Shown: positions 54,908 through 64,000 of the stretch, in pieces
Layout: each line of letters begins with the position of its first letter
Numbering within the stretch: position 1 is the first letter of the stretch
Source: Tubiluchus corallicola
Taxonomy: Eukaryota > Animalia > Priapulida
Length of the DNA stretch: 64,000 bases
Assembly (NCBI GenBank): GCA_030141605.1
Contig: JAQGDQ010000005.1
Coordinates: 1,116,180-1,180,179, forward strand
Direction of reading: 5' to 3'
Position numbers and translations under genes: made by a program
Notes under the pieces: generated by a model
What the model was told of the DNA's origin: nothing
The model's input: only the letters and a program-made list of their open reading frames with translations
Databases searched by the model: none

Positions 54908-56007
54908 TATCCTACAAAAATTCATAACAATTAAACATTAAAACATGAGAGATAGGTAACTAGTGCTCAAATGCAGTTTAGATCAGTAACGCCATCAGAA
55001 TATTTACTGATTTAATAATAAAGTAGAAATGAACTTTCTGATAGCTATTGTACTATGCAAGCGAGGAATGTCGGCGATATTCGCTTTGTTGCACATTGCC
55101 ATGTATACGTTTGTAGTCCACAATGTCATTTCTCATTTCTATAATTATTTTTTTATACTGCCATTAGGCCTGTACACTTGTTGACAAATGACATTCATGA
55201 ATGAACTTGATAAACTTGGTGTTCTGCATTATGCAAGTGCTGTATTAATTGTGCCGGTCAAACATTAGGGATACAGACCTTTTAAATAAACACAATTTAA
55301 ATTTTGACTTTTTTATATAATATTCTATACAGGTTCGTTTGCCACTAGCATCATCCATGAGCTTGGCTGTATTTCTTAAACACTTAGTGCTTCTTCAATT
55401 TTCAATTTAATTTCAATTTAAATTTTCCTATCTTTGAATGCATGATCACTTATCACCACCTATTCTGTTCATTTGGAAAGAAGGCTAATAGAGAGCAGAG
55501 ACAGAGAGTCAAAGACACAGTTACGTGTTCTATTTTATCTGGGTTTATCTATTTTATAGATTATTCGGGTTTTACGTTCTGTTTAGAAGTTTGTGCATTT
55601 GCCTGTGAAAGTGAGTAATTATTTCCTTGCACGATGATTGGAGGAGCACCGTATCTACGCAGCAAAAAACTTAATATCTAAATCAGAAATACGATATGAA
55701 GAAATCCTGTATACATTTGATCTGAATGCATCTACTGTGGCATTAGCTATTTAAATGTAAATTTAAGGCACTTGCACTTTACAAATAGCTGCTAAGAAAC
55801 CTTTTGCAAACCTAGCATCAAATGAAATAAAATTACTGATTGCAATTTTATAAAAAAATGTTGCGGTTTGTCTTTGACCTTTATTCTATCTATTTAAGTG
55901 TTGCAAGCAGGACAATAACTGCTATCTGTTTTATGTAGGTCTTAGGTAAGTACTTAAACTACAAAAAAATTATTAGAGTTAAAAGTTACTGAACTAAAGG
56001 TTGAAAC

Positions 56008-57450
56008 ATACTGTTATTCTGTCATGATAGGTTAAGCAAGTATACTCATAAAAACCCATATTTTTTTCCAAAATAATTGTCGATTAAGGATTTAAACTTT
56101 ACAACATGAATGGTCCAGCAATCACCATGGCAGGCAAATTAGTCCAATCATTCACAAAGTATTCTCACAGTAAATGAATATTTGCGAACGTTAAGACGTG
56201 ACAGCTCTTTAAAAAGTTTTAAACTATGCCTTCTAGTTTTAGAATCAACAACTAGATTAAAGAATTTTTCATGCAAAATGTTCTCATTTCTAGTCAGTAT
56301 TTTATAAACCTCAATAAGGTGTGCACTGTGTTTTCCTAATTCAAGTGTGGTCAAACTGTAGTACTTCAATCGTTCTAAATATGTCGATATTTTTATAACC
56401 AAATATTATTCTTGTAGCATGCCTTTGCACTCCTTCCACAAGCAATATGTGCACTTGCAAACCAAACCTGTCCATAAGTTGGCATAGTTAAAACTACGTT
56501 ACGATGCTTCAAAGTAGAATGCACCAAAAACTTTGGCCAAAAGTCAATTTTTTGTTTTTTATAAAAATAAAAATGTTAAATATTTTGGACTTTTATATTC
56601 CAGCATCAAATCATCAGGATAATGTTAAAAAATACAAAAATCTAATTTTATAATCCCATACCCACTTCTGTGCCTAAAAACTAGTACTGCAATTGTAAAA
56701 AACTTGTATTTTCAAACTTCGACAGTAGTCGTTGAAGTAGACAAAGTTGTTGTTACTTGTATTTGTTATATTTAAAGAGACAATAAACTATTCTATTCTA
56801 TTAAGTGTGTAGCGTACATCTCAACTTCAAAGTGGATTATCTCAGCTTAGAAATAACATAGAGCAATGAGCTTGGTATCAAAATTATCCTCACGAAATGG
56901 AGATTCAGGATATCTGAATAATTAGAAAAGCCTAATTGCCGATTTTGCTATGCAAGCACACATATGTCTTTCTGACATACAGATAATGAGGATTCCAAAG
57001 CTGCACAGTATTCTAGATGAGGTTTAACTAAACCAATGTATAATTTCAATACAAACTTTATTTTTACAAATGGTTTGCCACTTTATCATCCCCAATATTT
57101 TATTTGCCTTCTTAACGGAGGATACTCATTGTTGGGAAAATTTCAAGTCTGATGTTTAGTACACCAACATCATTTTTTACTATTTTACTTTCAAGAGTAG
57201 TTTCATTCATAACGTAATCACTTTTTTAAGGCCCGCAAAACCGAAATACATTACCTCACCTTTATCAACATTAAATAACACCTGCCAGTCAAATCAAATC
57301 ATCTACCGTTTTTCCCACATGCATCATCAATTAAAATTTAGTAACATAATTATAACAGCCAATCAAATTGGAAGGGATGGTGAAGAACATGCGTTATCAT
57401 ATCAGTTACCCAATCGTTAATCCATTAATACTAATACTGTCCATGTGTGC
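56008..57450 (-). mobile_element. 5'-truncated, decayed CR1-clade LINE (ORF2 RT and C-terminus), interrupted by a DNA transposon at 56449-56961
   Basis: Minus-strand peptides DWQVLFNVDK..VMYFG, SDLKFSQQ..VKKANKILGMIK, LVKPHLEYC..WNPH, KDI|LLVEGVQRHATR, LIEVYKIL...SKTRRHSLKLFK...RKYSF. The 3' tail is CAG(T/A)ATAA-like repeats. Confidence 0.88.
56449..56961. mobile_element. Non-autonomous DNA transposon (TIR about 18 bp, ATAT TSD; Sola1-like by TSD), copy 1
   Basis: Ends GTGCACTTGCAAACCAAA...TTTGCTATGCAAGCACAC with ATAT on both sides. Removing it plus one ATAT restores the CR1 frame KDILLVEGVQR. A second copy lies at 61706-62729 in the opposite orientation. Confidence 0.82.
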
Positions 57451-57671
57451 GAAATAAAATGATTCTTATTCTTATTCACATCCACTTACATAGTTAGATG
57501 TTCAATTTCATGCTTTAAAACTAATATCCCAACACTCAATGACTTTTGCTTAATACAAAAAGCACACTATATCAAACTAACAAGAGTGCTGGGTATTGGA
57601 CTTAAATAAATTTAAAAACTAGAAACTTTGAAATTATTAAAAGATAATTCAGTAATATGTTGTCAAAATAC

Positions 57672-59010
57672 ACCTTCTTCTTATTCTTCAAAATCTCATT
57701 CCACCTGTTGCAGGCATTGAGGTATCAACATTTATCAGAGTATTCCACCCTCTTCTATCTGCAGCTAACAGCATAAGTTCTTCTGCTCCTAAAGATAGAT
57801 TTGGTTGAAGTTGTTGAATATCTTTTCTTTTTATCTTGGCTATCCAAGTTGTTTTGGGTTTACCAGGTGGTTTTTTGCAAGGTTTTAAGGCTTCCTTTAA
57901 GGCGACTCTTACTGGTGCTTCATTTGGTAATCTTAGTAGATGTCCTAGCCAGCTTAATCTTTGGATCTTGACTTTTAAACTCTAAAAAAATTCTTTTGTT
58001 CTGGTGTATAAATCTTCACTTTTGATTATGTATGGCCATCTTATCTTTAAAACTTTCCTAACCGTGGATATGCTCTATCCTCTTCACCACCAGTACCGAG
58101 CAAACAGACATCAATAAAAAGTGTCTGTTTGCGAGATCAACAACACGACCAACTTGTTTTACAAATCACACCAAATATCTTTTACGTCAATTTGCCTTTA
58201 CTCTTCACTCGTCTTTAATTATATTTTTAGTTTCAACAGCTTGTTAACATACATCCTAGTCAATAGTAATTTATTTATGTTCCATTCACTTATATCTTGT
58301 GCAGATAGGCCCAACTTGTTAATATACACAGCTTTAGCCTTCACAGTCCTAAGGAGACTTCTATGAAATGTGTCAGTCTCCTTTTCTTGAGTAATCGTTA
58401 AACCCCGAGTTTCACTGTTGTACATAAATACGCTGGTAACGTAAGCATTAAATAATCGAAACTCTTACTTTAAGACTTAATTTCTTGCTAGTTAATACAT
58501 TCTTGTGCTGAAGAAAAGCATGCACTGCCTTTTGCTTTTAATGTCATCTTGGTGCTTAGAAAAGTGCCCATGTACTTGCACTTTTTCCAAGACTTATTAC
58601 CACCTCTTGCAATTACATATTCTTCAGTTTTTGACTGGTGTACTTGAAAATTTCTTTTCTCTACTCTAGTTTTTTTTTGAAAACCATTTATTTGATACAC
58701 TAATCCATCCAATATCGTCTGCGTATTGTTGATCAATAAGGAATGGTTCATAGGATTCCAAAGTTGGATAGAAGTGATCTAGAATATGTTGAGGAAGGCC
58801 ATCACAGACAGTGGTATCGTAATCATGATCATCATTTGGAGTGAGGATCTTAAGTTAAGTGCATTTGCTAGGTAGAGCGTGAAAAGTATTGGACTAAGAC
58901 AGTCCCCTGGGGACCCCAATATTCGTGCTAAAAGTCCTTCCTAAGATATTCCCAACGTTTACAGTAAGTTTAACATCCTTTAGTAGAATTGTAATGATGT
59001 GCAGTTCACC
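57672..59010 (-). mobile_element. 5'-truncated, decayed RTE-group LINE (RT domain to 3' end)
   Basis: Minus-strand peptides GDCLSPILFTLYLANAL, QQYADDIG, CKYMGT, YNSET, DTFHRSLLR|KVLKIRWP, RLSWLGHLLRLP, PPGKPKTTW, LAADRRGW, ending in a GAA-type tail. Multiple frameshifts. Confidence 0.88.
58062..58346. mobile_element. Unclassified 285-bp insertion with 6-bp TSD inside the RTE LINE
   Basis: TCCTAA at 58056-58061 and 58347-58352. Removal restores the RTE peptide SLLRKVLKI. Confidence 0.75.
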
Positions 59011-60185
59011 TACACACCTAAAAATACACCTACGTTTTCAAATTATGCGCAACAAAAAGCTTTATCTTCATGTAAACAAAATTGAAATCGCCACGGTCTC
59101 ACGATGCCGTCCGGATGCAAAATCAAACTAGCTGACAAGTAATTGTGAATTCCTCAGGACTAGCACTGTTACCAATTTCCCATGATTTTTACAAAATTAA
59201 TTTTAAAATATTTAATGCCATTCTGCAAGTAATTCAGAGAATGTCGCAAGGAAATATTAGGTACTTAAAAAACATAATATTATAGTTAATAACAAAACAG
59301 CAGTGCCAGGACATAATAAAGATGATGGATTAATAATAACTTAGTACTAATTATCATTAATATGTTATCATCATAAATTTATACTAGTCATGTATAAATA
59401 CAGTTCATGCAGGCGTATTAGATTTATTGTACTCTTGATTCTTTTCTCTATCAAGTAATTTTAATGTGAAGCTCAAATGCTCCCAAAGAATAAATGTTCA
59501 ACTTTAGAACAAATTTCTTCTTCTGGTCAATATATATTTGTTAGTTTAATGAAATGGAATTCTTAAAGCAAAAAAACATGTTTGGAGTACAGAGAATTCA
59601 TATGCTCTTAACTTTTCTCAATCAATTGAAGACAATTCACAGAAATGCAGAAAACTGGCGTTATATCCGAAAACTGCAACTACGTCATTGACAAATTAAG
59701 ATACATATATGCATACAGTCTGCAACTCCATGGACTCTACACTAACTGTACCTGATACTCGGCTACGACCTGCACCAAAGAAAAAATAATATCTAAAATT
59801 CAGATATTAAATTAACTTTATTAGGCTGTTTCCCAGTTTGCACAGTTGGTTGTGATATAGTTGTATATAGATAGATAGATATTGTCTTTATTTTTGCATT
59901 GCATGTTTGATACAAGAATTACAAATAGCTAAATTATTTTTCAAAAGAAAAATTCTAATAATGGTAATAACGTTATTTACAAATTAAAAAATTATCTATG
60001 GCTATAGGGGTGAGCATTGAATATTTCAATTCGATTCGAACGAGTTTTTTAATTATAATTCGATTCTAACCTAAAACTATAGATCCGAATAATACAATTT
60101 AGCTGTGGTTTCTGTGTGCAACATTTAAAAAAATATTAGTGGTTTTTAAAAGAAAAACAAGAAAAAACGACTTGTAATGTCAATA

Positions 60186-60340
60186 AAATCGAATCCAAAA
60201 TGCTTCTGGGTGTATGCCAATCACCATTAATTTTAAAGAAACGAGACATGATCCTTACATTAAAGGAAAATGGAGACAAAGTTGCTGGTGATACATGCAA
60301 AGCAGAACTACTCAACAAATACTTTGTTAGTGTTTTCACA
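60186..60340 (+). mobile_element. CR1/L2-type LINE ORF2 internal fragment
   Basis: Peptides KSNPKCFWVYAN and KAELLNKYFVSVFT match the conserved pre-RT region of CR1-group ORF2. Confidence 0.75.
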
Positions 60341-61099
60341 TTACAAGTCGTTTGAAGCTAGTAAAACCTAGTCGTTTGAAGCTAGTAAAATCTTGCTTTG
60401 TACAGTATAATCACCATTTAGCATGTTTGGATTTTATTGCTTGAAGAGCTTCTTTCATTATCGATTTCACCAATTTCACGAATTCGAATTCAGTTTCAAA
60501 GATTTTTGAACAAGGTTTCGAACTGCCAGTTTGAAGCAGTCTTAAAAAGATCATGCATATTACTCGATTTTGTTCTGCAGCACCAATCACCTATACTAAA
60601 GCACAGATAAACACTGTTACCATTACTGAAGAGAATGTACCCTCAAAGCTGATTTCTCCATGGAACCAGATCAATTTACCAATTTGCAATAAATCAATTA
60701 GCGTCAAGTTTAACAGCGGCATTTTTAAAAAATCAATTAATGAGATAAAAATATCACATGTAAAAAAGAATTCAATTGTGTTTCAAGTTTTTAAGAAAGA
60801 AGAGTGATATCTGAAAACCAACTGCAGACGAACAAGCTTAACATGAACAAGCTTGAAAGGACTCTAAACGTCTTTTAAATGTCCAACCTTTTTGCAACTG
60901 CCATTTAGCACAAACAGACACTACTGATCTTTATCCTTACCATCACAGACCTTGCTTTGATCCTCACCATACCGTGACAACTGTCATTAGGCGGCACTTC
61001 AACTAGAGAGACAACTTTTGAGAGAAAATATAAATACAAAATGCAAGAGCGAAAATGTGCGATTTCATGATTAACAGAGGCTTAACAAGAGAGGAAAAC

Positions 61100-61650
61100 T
61101 ACGGGCAAAAAACCTATATAATTTTATAGGTTTTGCCCTGTCGATGTACGGCATACTGCGGTAATCTATGGTAACGAGTATTAGAAAAGTAAAAAAATTG
61201 TCTACACAACCCATACATACCATCTTCGTGCAAATTTCCTACGATGAAAAACCGGTCCTTGTCGAATTCGCATGCAGCTATGTTACTTATAATGGCTCAG
61301 CTTTTATTTACGTCCTTCCTTATTGCTTAAGAAACTATTATTTTTGTGTCGTGGAAACTGTTACAGTAGTCGCGCTTGCGAAGAAGAAATAAACCCAAAT
61401 CATTTGCTAATTATAACAGCGCACAACCGTTGCGTTGACGTCCACGATTACCCGATTTAAAGCGAAACCCTGTAAAATGTGAACGTCTTTGAAGAGCATT
61501 AAAATATTTAATAATTGAATTGACCGTAAATTGTGATGATTTCGATGCAAATACAAATAACTTGGTGAATTAATTTATTTTAATGAAGTAAAAGGAAAAT
61601 TTCGTTTATTAAAAACGCAAACTTAATCTTCTACGCCGTAAAAATGAAGC
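61100..61650. promoter_or_regulatory. CpG-enriched candidate (bidirectional) promoter between KNL1 and the downstream + strand gene
   Basis: Visible CpG cluster (GTCGCGCTTGCG, GCGCACAACCGTTGCGTTGACGTCCACG) between two divergent genes, each with a splice acceptor just upstream of its ATG. Inference only. Confidence 0.35.
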
Positions 61651-61705
61651 ACTACTATACTAATTACAAAACTATACTAATTATTAGTATTAGTAATAAT
61701 AAAAT

Positions 61706-62729
61706 GTGTGCTTGCATAGCAAAATCGTCTATAAGTCGGCAATTAACGTTTTCTAGTTATTCACATATCCCGAATCTCTATTCCATGAAGATCATTTTGA
61801 TACCAAGCTCATCGCTCTATGTTAATTGTTATTGCTAAGCTGAGATAGTGCATGCTATGCTCAAAAACACAATCTGGAGAAAATAGCTTTTAAAATGTAT
61901 TGCTTATGGAAGGTGTATAAAGGCGTGCTACACGTTTGAATTAAGAAGACACCATGGAGATCTTATTGAAGTTTATAAAATATTAACTAGAAAAGAAAAC
62001 ATTTTGAGTGAAAAATTCTTTAATTTAGTTGTTGATTCTAGAACTAGACGGCATAATTTAAAACTGTTTAAAGAACGGTAGCGTCTTGACATTCGTAAAT
62101 ATTCATTTTTTGTGAGAGTTGTGAATGAATGGAATAATCTGCCAGCCATGGTGATTGCCACACCAACCACAGTAAAGTTTAAATTGTTAATCGACAATTA
62201 CTTTGCGGAAAAATATGGGGTTTCTATGAGTGTACTCGCTTAACCCCTAATCATAACAGTATAATAGTATAAAGTCAGTCATTACTTTTGGTTGCATCTC
62301 TTCATTATACTTAGCAACTGTACGAAAGTGTGGTTGCTATGGACTTTGCAAGAGCACATTGAAATTATGTTTAAATCCAGTAGGTGGCTCTTCTTGATGA
62401 AGATTTGGGCTTGTCAACAAAAAAAAACCCCAAAGCAAAATGTGCTTTCACGAGCTACTATCGGAGTTTGAAAATACAAGCTTTTTGCATTTGCAGTACT
62501 AGTTTCTAGACAGAGAAATGAGCATGCTGTTATAAAATTAAATTTTTGGTATTTTTTGAACATTTTCTTGATAATTTGATGCTAGAATTTAAAAGTCTAA
62601 TATATTTAGCTTTTTTTAAAAAAACATGAAATTAACGTTTGACCAAATTTTTGATGCATTCTACTTAGAAGCATCGTGACGTAGTTTTAACTATGCCAAC
62701 TTACGGATGCTTTTGGTTTGCAAGTACAC
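61706..62729. mobile_element. Second copy of the 56449-56961 DNA transposon (opposite orientation), carrying a nested CR1 fragment
   Basis: 61706-61847 matches the reverse complement of about 56835-56961, and 62445-62729 matches the reverse complement of about 56449-56735. Same termini GTGTGCTTGCATAGCAAA...TTTGGTTTGCAAGTACAC. Flanks AAAT/ACAT. Confidence 0.8.
61899..62275 (+). mobile_element. CR1 LINE 3' fragment, same family as the 56-57 kb copy
   Basis: ELRRHHGDLIEVYKILTRKEN...SRTRRHNLKLFK...RKYSFFVRVVNEWNNLP, ending in CAGTATAA-type tail repeats. Confidence 0.88.
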
Positions 62730-63090
62730 ACATTATAGTACTAAATGATGTAGTGAACTAAGAGCATCAACTGCGGGGACTTGTAAAATTACATGTTAAT
62801 GTTTACACAGGTAGCAAAACTTAGACTTGGTTACCCTTTTCCTTACTTCTATCGGGCACCCGATTATTAAGATCTCAGCATCAGCGAAGAAGTTGAAATC
62901 ATTTTTATTCCCAAGTAAAATGAATGCAGATAATTGCAGTGCTATCTTAGCAATAAATATTCAGTCATGTAGGATGAGGGCCTGAATACATGAGCTATGA
63001 GTTATAGAAGTTAGTGCTTTGCCGTGCATGAAATTTGACTGGGTTTTTGCCCGTAACTGCCACTTAAACCATTTAAAGAGTGGTCATGTA

Positions 63091-63278
63091 TTGACATTCG
63101 TAAATATTCATTTACTGTGAGAGTAGTGAATGATGGTATAAACTGCCTGCCATAGTGATTGCCGCGCCAACCATAGTAAAGTTTAGATGCTTAATCGACA
63201 ATTATTTTGTGGATAAATATGGGGTTTCGGTGAGTGTACTTACTTAACCCCTAATCATGACAGTATAACAGTATAACT
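63091..63278 (+). mobile_element. CR1 LINE 3' terminal fragment (third copy)
   Basis: Near-identical to 62086-62272, ending ...AACCCCTAATCATGACAGTATAACAGTATAAC. Confidence 0.88.
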
Positions 63279-63675
63279 TATACTGTACACTTTGACAATG
63301 AATCAGTTATATCAATCTAGGTACAGCATTGAGTACTATTAATGCAGCAATATAATAATGTATGTTATTCTTTTTCGTGTGTTGTTAAGCATCTTTATTA
63401 CCAGCCTGAAATAGTTTTTTAAATGTTAATTATTTAAGCATTTTTGGGTAGTTAACTTCTTGGTAAAGAAATCATAGTTCATTTTTTAATCATCCCCTTC
63501 AGCAAAAGTAGTTTGGTCTGCCATGCTGCCAATGCACTTGCAACTAATAGAGGTAATCACTGTTAATCCTCAAGTACTAATGACCAATTCTAATGTGTTT
63601 GAGTGTAAGCTGGCATTGCTAGAAGGTCGTATTTTAATTTTAGATTCTTAAGCAAAGGATATCTTATTAACAATA

Positions 63676-63981
63676 ATGTCTGCATTTTCATTTTTGGGAC
63701 CGGGTAGAATTATCAGGCTCAGGTAATAAACGATGCAGGTCATTGCTCGGGTGTCTGAGGAAAACACTATGCATCTAGTTTCTTAATTAATTGTTTATTG
63801 TTACACTAGAAGATGGATAAATTGCTAATATGTAGTGGTTCTTTAAAATAAACAGCAACTGTATCTGGTTTCAGTAAAAAAGTCCTAGCCTTTTTGGTTT
63901 TTGCAGAGTTACACTGTTATTGCTACTGCAGAATTTCCTGGGTGTGCTGGTTCATCTGTTAGTAACTTTGATATATGACTG
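63676..63981 (+). CDS. Probable first two coding exons (63676-63722, 63907-63981) of an unidentified gene with a hydrophobic N-terminus; 3'-partial
   Basis: Acceptor TTTTAG at 63643, ATG at 63676, donor AG|GTAAT, strong acceptor TTTTTGCAG at 63906, donor TG|GTAAG. The exons join in frame as MSAFSFLGPGRIIRLRVTLLLLQNFLGVLVHLLVTLIYD(W/C). No family recognised. Confidence 0.5.
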
Positions 63982-64000
63982 GTAAGACAGTTACATTTGA

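Overview
AT-rich, intron-containing animal genomic DNA. It is probably a protostome invertebrate, judging by the style of the TAB1 N-terminus (inference only). I rebuilt four genes by hand from splice sites and reading phase. (1) The 3' part of a myocardin-related transcription factor gene (MRTF, + strand, 1..6888). (2) DCN1-like protein 3 (DCUN1D3, - strand, one coding exon, 17492..18385). (3) TAB1 (- strand, 8 coding exons, 23585..34510, 523 aa). (4) The kinetochore scaffold KNL1/Spc105 (- strand, 12 coding exons including a 6.1-kb exon, 39428..54907, about 2425 aa). A fifth, unidentified + strand gene appears to start at about 63676. Introns and intergenic DNA hold many transposon relics: pogo/Tigger-, hAT- and Harbinger-type non-autonomous elements, CR1 and RTE LINE fragments, a possible solo LTR, and mini/microsatellites. 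The most notable observations are: a 14-copy 81/83-bp tandem array that multiplies the non-canonical GC-AG 5' splice site of TAB1 exon 7; a KNL1 that keeps SILK, RVSF, KI-like, MELT-like and RWD modules but seems to lack the Zwint-binding coiled coil; and reciprocal nesting of one DNA transposon family and one CR1 family upstream of KNL1. No tRNA, rRNA or CRISPR was recognised. All coordinates were read manually and may be off by a few bases.
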